A model generated the notes under the pieces. It did no database searches, was not told where the DNA came from, and saw only the letters and a list, made by a program, of their open reading frames with translations. From the NCBI GenBank assembly GCA_000320545.1, contig ADNK01000278.1, positions 1,645 through 65,644 on the forward strand: a DNA stretch of 64,000 nucleotides, written 5' to 3'. Positions 41,806-50,929 of the stretch are shown here, one piece after another (within the stretch, counting starts at the first letter, position 1; each line of letters begins with the position of its first letter). This DNA is from Bigelowiella natans CCMP2755. Lineage: Eukaryota > Protista > Cercozoa. The position numbers and the translations under genes were made by a program.

Positions 41806-42930
41806 CATTATTTTTTTTTTTCCGGATATTGGTCACTCTCGTGACCCTTCTTCCTCTCTCCCGTTGTTGTTGTTGCTGCTGCTGCTGCTTCTCCTCTATT
41901 TTCACTCCTTCAAAAGCGTAAGGGTCAACGAAGTTCGCGCCCTTTTCTTCCTTCACAGCTCGACCATCCCTGCTCCCGCCCTAATATTGTGGACAGCAAC
42001 AGCGTACGTACGTAGGGGTAGTAGTAGTTGTAGTAGTAGTAGTAATAGTAATAGTAATAGTAGTAGCGGGTTATTATGAATCCGTTTTCAAGTCATATGA
42101 GCTTTTGCTGCGATTCTTACAGAGGCTAATCGCTTGGATCGACGAGGTCTTCGCGCGCTCGAAGGAGTTTCTTTCGAGGTTCCATTAGTTTTTCCTGCGG
42201 GAGCGATGATAGCTAGCTCACATCGGGTGGAAGGCATTGCGAAACAACATCAAAGTCGACTCGCAGCAGGGCAATCACATCATCCTGAGAAATCATCGTG
42301 CGGAGCGTACGTGCATCGCCTCGAATGAACTTACTTTCAGCACTTTCCTTTCTCTTGCTTCCAGGCGATAGAACTGGTAATAATAATACACACGAGTCGG
42401 AAAAGATTAGAGCTGGAAACGAGAAATATCAGCCATTTGTTAAAATCAACCACTCGACTCCTTCGTTTCCTTTCCCGAGAGGTTTACATTCGAGGAGGAG
42501 GACGATGGGATCTCCGCATTATCCTTGAGAATCTGGACGATGCCATCGACGATCTAAATTCGTGCGTTAGTTACCGAACGGTCTATCAGGGGGCGAGAGT
42601 TTAATCGACGCACCTTCTTTTTGGTTGGGGGAGTTGCGGCCTTTTCTGAAGGGCGCAGAATTTCATGGATAGCAACAAGGTCATCCTTAAGAAATTGCAT
42701 GAGCCGCTTTTTCACTTGCTTTATCTCAGGCACCTGCATTTTGTTCCATAGGGATACGGAAAGATGTGAGGAAAGAGGGGAAATATGGAGAGAGAGAAAG
42801 AGGGGGAGGAGGAAGGTGGAGAAGAGCTTCGTGTCAACCCTACCGTGGACGCTGAAAGAGTCCGTTGAAGATCTTCCACCTCCGTTTGTGGTGTGCGCCT
42901 GGAAGGGGCTTTACTTTTCTTCTTCGGCAT
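34672..42930 (-). CDS. Large chromatin protein: SAP/DEK-like helix pair, 2x telobox-type Myb, MC1-like domain, acidic linker, tandem BRCT (may be two tandem genes split near 38800)
   Basis: Start MPKKKSK at 42930. Myb1 KRIPWTEDE|IMVLRDGVRTYGEGSWSQIL...GSLK|DKWRQL. Myb2 VLWTTEE|EEAL...QKWNWILEKGQ|GIFKESRRSLDLKDKFRNL. MC1-like exons at 39933-38945. BRCT1 LKGFHFLLTK...VIADRPRTTKKYMFSLARGLSPLKLGFLQ|EC. BRCT2 LSGRTFAV...IIQEAGAKVV...VVFAWVVECLQTQ|KLV. Confidence 0.75.
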
Positions 42931-43199
42931 CGAATACTCACTCACTTCCGAAAGATTGATGGAGCTTATTTGGAGGGATGGGAAGGGGGAGAGCGTTTAT
43001 CTCACAACTCCAGGAGGCGACTATTTTTACAGTACAAAGATGTTCTATCACCTCGAATGCACACGAACAGAGGCGGATACACGAACAGCAGTGAGGGGGA
43101 GGGATGATGCTAATGGTTTATCCCTCTTGGGTAGTTTGAGGGTAGGATTTTCGGTGCAAAGAGGGGAAATGTGCGTGATGATTCGTATTGCGAATTCGT

Positions 43200-45510
43200 A
43201 TTGCGACAACGATCATGTGTTGTCGCCAAACAAAAATGGAACAAACAAGCCATTCAATGAATTGTGCGACACGGGTCTGATTTTCTCGAGCATGAGAGTG
43301 GCTCTGGGCCCGGATTCTCCTGCCAAGTCCTTGCAACGAGTGTTGTTGAGGCTCTGCTGCGTGCAAATGCCTGTCTCCCATGTGGTTCTGGCGCATGTAG
43401 TTTTGATCAACGCTTTCTTCATTGTTCATTGTTCATTGTTCATTGCCTGTTCCTCGTTCTTTGATGCTCCTGACTCTGTCAAGACCAGAGTCTTGCTGGG
43501 TGCTCCTTCGGATCCCAACGTGGATCGTCGGATGGATGTTGCGTTCAGGAAGTTCCTGATCAGAGTTGACACCTTGCGCCTTCGCCACATTGCTGCCAGT
43601 CACATTGTCTCACAATGACATGCAGCTTGCTCACTTTCGTTCAAAAAATCTGCTAGTTCACCAGTCATTGCCCTCACCAAAGTTGGTTCGAGGCACTGCG
43701 TTTCGCACTCTGCAAATGTCTTGCAACATTTTGGAAATGTGGTTCATCATCATTGCCAATGATGACGTGGTCACGTTGCGTGCTTTCTCAGCCATGTCTT
43801 CCCATGACAAGTTCTGCCTTGCTTTGGGGGCCACATCTGGTGTCCCTTCGACTGACAAAGAAATCGACAGTGCTTTCCGTCGAATCATTGTCCTGCTTGA
43901 CAATTTTGCTGCTGTTCGGCATCCAAGATGCCAGTTTTAGTTCCAATCAATTCACATCTCAACGGCACCATCAATCGGCATCCATGCCAATTTCATGGGA
44001 TGCGGCTGATTTTTTGTGTCTCTCACCAACAGGGTGCTGACAAGTCCTTGCAACGAGTGTTGTTGAGGCTCTGCTGCGTGCAAATGCCTGTCTCCCATGT
44101 GGTTCTGGCGCATGTAGTTTTGATCAACGCTTTCTTCATTGTTCATTGTTCATTGTTCATTGTTTCGTGCACTGCAAATGTCTTGTTGCATTTTGGAAAT
44201 GCAGTTCTTCACTGATCATCATTGTTCATTGTTCATTGTTCATTGTTCATTGTTCATTGATTGATTGTGGATGGTGGTTGACATTGTCATCGGCCCAATC
44301 GGTCTTGTGGATGAGGTTTGTGAATGCGCATGGTGAAGTCCAGACGGCGGGCAGCATGGTCAAGAATCTTCAGCAACGTGTGAAACTGGTGGTCACTGAG
44401 TTGAAGCTGATTCAAGCCACGCAGTTGTCTGTGTCCAAGGAGTTGATGGGCAAGGTGAAGAACGCAACGTGGTGAAGCTCAAGGAGATTTTCCACAAATG
44501 CGAAAGTCGTCGTCAACGAGGACACTTTGCGATGTTCGTTGCGATCTTCTTTGCAATGTTTCTTCAAAAGGATGACCGAGATGAAGCCGAGATGCTGAAC
44601 GATGACGCCGTGACACTCTGGCACTGCTGGACTGGCTGGCTGGACAAGGAGTTGCTTGTTTTTGACTCGGCACGCTCCTTTTTCATTTCTTTCACGTGGT
44701 GCACAAATGTGGGCTGCGATGCAGCACACGATGAGGGTCAAAAGTCACGTTTGCTTGGCGGTCGGCATGTGAGTTCCGGAACATCAAAAAAACTGAAGTC
44801 TCATTCGCAATTTTGGCTGCCTGCAGGTTGACCGTTGGGCCAAGCGTGAATGGGTTTGGACTGTCTCAGCGGGACGGTCCCTTGACCACTGCAATTGTCA
44901 CACACAACGACACACCCGGCGTGGTTTTGGGGGTGTCAGAAACGATGGAAGCGGGCCTGAAAAGACTGCGTTGCTGTTGGGGACAGCTTGGCGAGTTTTG
45001 CAGCTGCGCTCGTGTTTTTCCACCAAAGACCAAGCAATCGCGTGATCAACACGCGTGCAGCGCGCGTCCCCTCATGCATGGTCTGCACAGCATGCTAGTT
45101 CCTGTCATTGTTGTCATCGCTGTTGCCAGACAAGCTAGCAAGCGCAACCAGTTTGCGGGCGTCGTGTTGTGCGTTGTGTGTGCAAGTTTCAACAACGAAC
45201 GTGCCACCGACCACGTGTCCAAGCGAGTGCACACCAGGCACACAGGTGACGATTTCGACGCACTGCTAGACTGCTGTCGTGTGCGTTGCGCAACTGCGTG
45301 CAATTCCGTGCACAATTGCAGCCCACGCTGCAGCTGGAGTGCATGTCAGCACACTGTGTGAACTTGTTTGTTGGTGCACGTGTGGACGCGAAAAGCACAG
45401 GTGTGCCTGTTTGATGCATGTGAACGACGCAACTGCATGTGTGTGCCATGCGCGCGTGCACCCTTGCAGACTTCCATGCCGTGGACCTGCAAGGCTAGAA
45501 TCGAAGAGGT
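43200..45510. mobile_element. Degenerate TpA-erased repeat, probably a transposon or pseudogene relic (family unassigned)
   Basis: Broken, frameshifted ORFs with essentially no Tyr and excess Cys/His; internal 122-bp exact direct repeat; (TTCATTG)n arrays; no intron-exon gene structure. Confidence 0.5.
43324..44162 (+). repeat. 122-bp exact direct repeat (43324-43445 = 44041-44162), each copy ending in (TTCATTG)4
   Basis: Direct sequence comparison; a further TTCATTG array lies at ~44219-44259. Confidence 0.9.
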
Positions 45511-45772
45511 GGATCGACGTTGATCATTGGACATGCGCCCCACACCCACCCACGCACACATGATGCAATGATCTAGAATGAGCCATGCGCATCATTTCGT
45601 ACAAACCACAGACATGAGTGCACATCAAGGCGTGCAGGATCACTGGACATTGCAATGATCGCAGGATGAACGGAAGTGAATGCATGACACACGTAGTGCC
45701 GGTTGCATTGCACATGAACGCACACCATGCTGCAAGTGGCCACCCGCATCGCAATATCATTTGGGGGTTGCT

Positions 45773-47250
45773 TCACTCCATCACCGCCGGGTTCGGGTTT
45801 GAAGCCTCTCGCAACGTGTTCTCTTCAACAGCATTTTGAATGATCTCAGAAACCTCTTTTGCCATTCCTTTTTTGAGGACCAATGTTGTCCTGATCAAAC
45901 ACAAGAGACACGATTATGTAACATACCAAGCCGTCAGCATCGCGAAAGATGCCTTCAGCCCATGAAAAAATAGAAAAATGAAATTGTGAATAGTTACATT
46001 TCTCCCCTGTTCGTTGAGATCATCACTTTAGAGGCAGCAACATCACAGCAAGTGCATGCTCCGAGCTAAGTAGAACACAAGTTTGAAATCTGAAGTTAGA
46101 TCTTCGGTGAGAAGGATCGCACACAAGGAAATAGATTTAGAGCTAGCCCTCACTCTATAGAAAAAAATAAACTTGAACAGACGAAATCAAGATGAAGGAC
46201 TCACCACTTCCTCCGAATAATCAACATCGTTGACCGTGGTTAAGTCAAAGTTGTTTGCTTGGATGGTCTTATCGGTCAAGCATGGAAAATAACCGTCTTC
46301 GTGGTAGGTTTTCATCAAAGCCTAATAACATGAAACACGACTCATTGCATCTTTGTGTGTCTAACACGATAAAAACCGAGGTTATTGTTTTGTTCAGGTT
46401 AGAATAATCATTCGAATTTCTAATTTGGGTCGAACATACCGTAAACTTTGTGTTGGTCACTTTATATTTATCTGGTACACCTGTCCAGCAGCAATATGGG
46501 AAACTGATAAAAATAATTCGTTAAACAATGACGTTTTTATATTAGTAGGTGAGTATCAGTCTTTCTTTTCATCATTATAATCACTATCTATATTCACTAA
46601 TGTTAAAAAAAATAATACGGGTATCAACAGGTAGAGACGAACCCGAAAGGCAGCATGTCGCCACAAGGTCCCTCCCGGAATTCTTCGCCTTCCCAAATGA
46701 CTTTGTTACGCCACACTCTTCTGGCCAACACTTTATTTTTGTTGTTGATCTGCGGGGCGAAAGAAAAATTGGAGAACAAATCAAGTGAGATGATGGGATA
46801 CAAGCGCATGATAGCCGTCGTCACAGAATCGTCACGTTGTCATCACCATTACCTTGAGAAACTTAAGCCTATCCCCCACAACCTTTACTCCCATCTCTTT
46901 CATCTCTGCCTTGCCGATGGAAGGTAGAAGAGAGCCATCAATCTTATGAGCCATGAAGATCTCAGAAATATCTTTGAAGCCAAGACTACTGATGTATTCT
47001 CCGACTTCCTTAACATCCCTACACATCGCACAAAACACATCATCCATCAAGTCCTACATTGTACATGAGACATTACACGATTAGGTCCAAAGGTGTGAGG
47101 AAGGAATGGAGAAAAGATCTGTATCATCAAAGTTGAAGCATGTTACATCACGTAGAAGCACATTCATGCACAGACTTACCATGTCTCCATCTTTAGGAAC
47201 TTTTCCATCGCCTTCTGGTCGTGCTGAACGGTAGGCTTATCTTGCGGCAT
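45773..47250 (-). CDS. SAM-domain protein, left palindrome copy
   Basis: Reverse complement of the 48412-49889 gene; W|DVKEVGEYISSLGFKDISEIFMAHKIDGSLLPSIGKAEMKEMGVKVVGDRLKFLK is a typical SAM domain. Confidence 0.85.
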
Positions 47251-47726
47251 TGCGTATTGCGTAGAGATAGGGCTTGTGGAATGTGGAATATAGTTTCTTG
47301 CCTATTGAGATTCAGCGCTCCACAACAACAGAAGAGTAGCCTGATAAAAAACTCTAAAAAACGCCGTGACGTTGGTTAAAACTTAACAATTCGAGTAGAT
47401 TTAGGGAGCTTCGACAAAAATATGTACATGTAGTAGATCTAGAGTCTAGCATCTAGATCTAGATTGACGTTCTCCATAACAACAGAAGAGCAGCTGGAGA
47501 AAAAATGCTAAAAAAACGCCATGTGTAGTAAAGTATGAACCTGCTCTTCTCTTGAATCTGTCGTGGCCGTTAAGTTGTAAAAGACAATCTTCAGCATTGT
47601 TACAGTTACGTTTGGGTTAGTCCTTAACAGGATGCTTAAATCTTAATTCAAGCTCAAGAACTATAAATAGAATGATTTTTTTGTAACGGATTGGATTGAG
47701 ACATTGTCCTCCACAAACTCTTTGGG

Positions 47727-47871
47727 ATAGACCACCGAGGACATAAAACTGGGATTTATAAAGCCCGGGTGCTCGAGAATTAATCCCGGGTTTTTAGATA
47801 TTTTTAGGTGTTTTTGTGTGTCGAAACCCGGGCTTTATAAATCCCAGTTCTTTATGTCCTCGGTGGTCTAT
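47727..47871. mobile_element. MITE-like hairpin with ~44-bp terminal inverted repeats flanked by TA
   Basis: atagaccaccgaggacataaaactgggatttataaagcccgggt ... acccgggctttataaatcccagttctttatgtcctcggtggtctat; non-coding ~55-bp loop. Confidence 0.6.
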
Positions 47872-47882
47872 GTTCTCCTTTG

Positions 47883-47998
47883 GACAAGCCGTTTCGGCAA
47901 TTTATCCGAAAAATAAACTTTTTAAAAAGTTTTTTTTTTGAATGGTCTACTTTTGACAAGCCGTTTCGGCAATTTATCCGAAAAATAAACTTTTTAAA
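47883..47998 (+). repeat. 44-bp direct repeat x2 (47883-47926, 47955-47998)
   Basis: gacaagccgtttcggcaatttatccgaaaaataaactttttaaa occurs twice. Confidence 0.9.
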
Positions 47999-48411
47999 CA
48001 GTTTGCTCAATCCAATCCGTTACGAAAAAATCTTTCTATTTATAGTTCTTGAGCATGTTCTACTTATGAACCAGGCAAGCATTTTAGGCAATTTATGCAC
48101 AAAAAAAAAGGATTTTTCGTAACGGGTTCTTTTTTTTTTCATGGCGTTTTTTAGCATTTTTTCTCCAGCTGCTCTTCTGTTGTTATGGAGAACGTCAATC
48201 TAGATCTAGATGCTAGACTCTAGATCTACTACATGTACATATTTTTGTCGAAGCTCCCTAAATCTACTCGAATTGTTAAGTTTTAACCAACGTCATGGCG
48301 TTTTTTAGAGTTTTTTATCAGGCTACTCTTCTGTTGTTATGGAGCGCTGAATCTCAATAGGCAAGAAACTATATTCCACATTCCACAAGCCCTATCTCTA
48401 CGCAATACGCA

Positions 48412-49889
48412 ATGCCGCAAGATAAGCCTACCGTTCAGCACGACCAGAAGGCGATGGAAAAGTTCCTAAAGATGGAGACATGGTAAGTCTGTGCATGAAT
48501 GTGCTTCTACGTGATGTAACATGCTTCAACTTTGATGATACAGATCTTTTCTCCATTCCTTCCTCACACCTTTGGACCTAATCGTGTAATGTCTCATGTA
48601 CAATGTAGGACTTGATGGATGATGTGTTTTGTGCGATGTGTAGGGATGTTAAGGAAGTCGGAGAATACATCAGTAGTCTTGGCTTCAAAGATATTTCTGA
48701 GATCTTCATGGCTCATAAGATTGATGGCTCTCTTCTACCTTCCATCGGCAAGGCAGAGATGAAAGAGATGGGAGTAAAGGTTGTGGGGGATAGGCTTAAG
48801 TTTCTCAAGGTAATGGTGATGACAACGTGACGATTCTGTGACGACGGCTATCATGCGCTTGTATCCCATCATCTCACTTGATTTGTTCTCTAATTTTTCT
48901 TTCGCCCCGCAGATCAACAACAAAAATAAAGTGTTGGCCAGAAGAGTGTGGCGTAACAAAGTCATTTGGGAAGGCGAAGAATTCCGGGAGGGACCTTGTG
49001 GCGACATGCTGCCTTTCGGGTTCGTCTCTACCTGTTGATACCCGTATTATTTTTTTTAACATTAGTGAATATAGATAGTGATTATAATGATGAAAAGAAA
49101 GACTGATACTCACCTACTAATATAAAAACGTCATTGTTTAACGAATTATTTTTATCAGTTTCCCATATTGCTGCTGGACAGGTGTACCAGATAAATATAA
49201 AGTGACCAACACAAAGTTTACGGTATGTTCGACCCAAATTAGAAATTCGAATGATTATTCTAACCTGAACAAAACAATAACCTCGGTTTTTATCGTGTTA
49301 GACACACAAAGATGCAATGAGTCGTGTTTCATGTTATTAGGCTTTGATGAAAACCTACCACGAAGACGGTTATTTTCCATGCTTGACCGATAAGACCATC
49401 CAAGCAAACAACTTTGACTTAACCACGGTCAACGATGTTGATTATTCGGAGGAAGTGGTGAGTCCTTCATCTTGATTTCGTCTGTTCAAGTTTATTTTTT
49501 TCTATAGAGTGAGGGCTAGCTCTAAATCTATTTCCTTGTGTGCGATCCTTCTCACCGAAGATCTAACTTCAGATTTCAAACTTGTGTTCTACTTAGCTCG
49601 GAGCATGCACTTGCTGTGATGTTGCTGCCTCTAAAGTGATGATCTCAACGAACAGGGGAGAAATGTAACTATTCACAATTTCATTTTTCTATTTTTTCAT
49701 GGGCTGAAGGCATCTTTCGCGATGCTGACGGCTTGGTATGTTACATAATCGTGTCTCTTGTGTTTGATCAGGACAACATTGGTCCTCAAAAAAGGAATGG
49801 CAAAAGAGGTTTCTGAGATCATTCAAAATGCTGTTGAAGAGAACACGTTGCGAGAGGCTTCAAACCCGAACCCGGCGGTGATGGAGTGA
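48412..49889 (+). CDS. SAM-domain protein with a C-terminal beta-rich (possibly PH-like) domain, right palindrome copy, ~8 exons
   Basis: MPQDKPTVQHDQKAMEKFLKMETW|SAM domain|...VWRNKVIWEGEEFREG...PDKYKVTNTKF...ANNFDLTTVNDVDY...TTLVLKKGMAKEVSEIIQNAVEEN...AVME*. Confidence 0.85.
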
Positions 49890-50929
49890 AGCAACCCCCA
49901 AATGATATTGCGATGCGGGTGGCCACTTGCAGCGTGGTGTGCGTTCATGTGCAATGCAACCGGCACTACGTGTGTCATGCATTCACTTCCGTTCATCCTG
50001 CGATCATTGCAATGTCCAGTGATCCTGCACGCCTTGATGTGCACTCATGTCTGTGGTTTGTACGAAATGATGCGCATGGCTCATTCTAGATCATTGCATC
50101 ATGTGTGCGTGGGTGGGTGTGGGGCGCATGTCAAATGATCAACGTCGATGGACTACCCCTTGCAGACATCAAAGTCCTTGAGACCCACAGCCTTGAGAAA
50201 CTACCTCATCATGTTTGCATCACCATGGAGATGTCGCGGTTTTTGCAGTTTGACGTACAGATGCATGTAGCTTTTATTGCGCATACGTACTGCGCTCGAA
50301 CGCACGATGAAGAATGCATGCAAGCTAGAAAGCCAAATTTTGTTTCCGGATGCACATATTCCTCGTCTACCTGATCGGCATGCGCGTGCATGCGACGAAT
50401 GGTAGCTGCTCAATCTGCTAGAGGCATGGTGAGGATAGTCCCATCAGATCAAAAACTCTCTGTTCCTCTTTGAATTTTGTTGTTCGTATTTTTCTTTCCT
50501 TCTTTTGTAGTCGTCCGTTCCCTGGTGAACAAGAAGAGGGGGGATGGTCAACACATAAAGGATATCTTATATAAACATATGTCAATGCAAAGTAGCCCTC
50601 CCAAACCTACTCTCCAAAAAGAAATCCAATCCTTACAGATTTTTAACTTTCTACTTTTTCGACGATAACAGAAGCGGATAAAAATCACAACAACCTTTAC
50701 TATTTGTGCAGCTGTGAGCAGCTGGCCTAATGTTTTTCACACGAGATGTTAATGATATTCGCAATTTTCAATTTGTGTAAATAAATCTGAGGGTTTTAGT
50801 GAGTCGAATGATTGTCTCTACGAGACAAATTTGTTCAGAAGATGAAAGCATTCGGTTTTTTATCAATTTTGATGAACCACATGACGGCTCACGTGATCGG
50901 GACATTTATGAGCATAGTCTGTCCAGAAC

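Larger units (their letters stand above)
47652..48054. repeat. Second-level ~49-bp inverted repeat in the palindrome spacer (47652-47700 / 48006-48054)
   Basis: gctcaagaactataaatagaatgatttttttgtaacggattggattgag vs ctcaatccaatccgttacgaaaaaatctttctatttatagttcttgagc. Confidence 0.85.
45513..50149. repeat. Large inverted repeat: ~2.0 kb arms (45513-47523 / 48140-50149) with a ~616 bp spacer
   Basis: Mirror-image ORFs have a coordinate sum of 95662 (e.g. 46832..47050- and 48612..48830+). Only about 5 substitutions and 1 indel were seen between the arms. Confidence 0.97.

Noticed and set aside
34750-42100. Many + strand ORFs with poly-M/I/S/Y/CV tracts
   Set aside because: They are translations of intronic microsatellites antisense to the Myb/MC1/BRCT gene.
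34672-42930. Calling the Myb+BRCT gene Rap1
   Set aside because: Rap1 has a single N-terminal BRCT before non-telobox Mybs; here telobox Mybs precede tandem C-terminal BRCTs.
42893-43618. 241-aa ORF on the + strand
   Set aside because: It spans a promoter region and TA-depleted DNA, where loss of TAA/TAG stops lengthens ORFs; no recognisable domain.
43200-45900. Classical RIP or CpG deamination as the cause of the TG/CA excess
   Set aside because: CpG is plentiful and TpA is lost rather than gained, the opposite of both processes.
47883-47998. Direct repeats with a spacer resembling a mini CRISPR array
   Set aside because: Only two copies, eukaryotic context, no cas genes.
45513-50149. Palindrome as a TIR DNA transposon
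   Set aside because: The arms contain an intron-bearing host-type gene; no transposase and no target-site duplication were seen at the outer ends.
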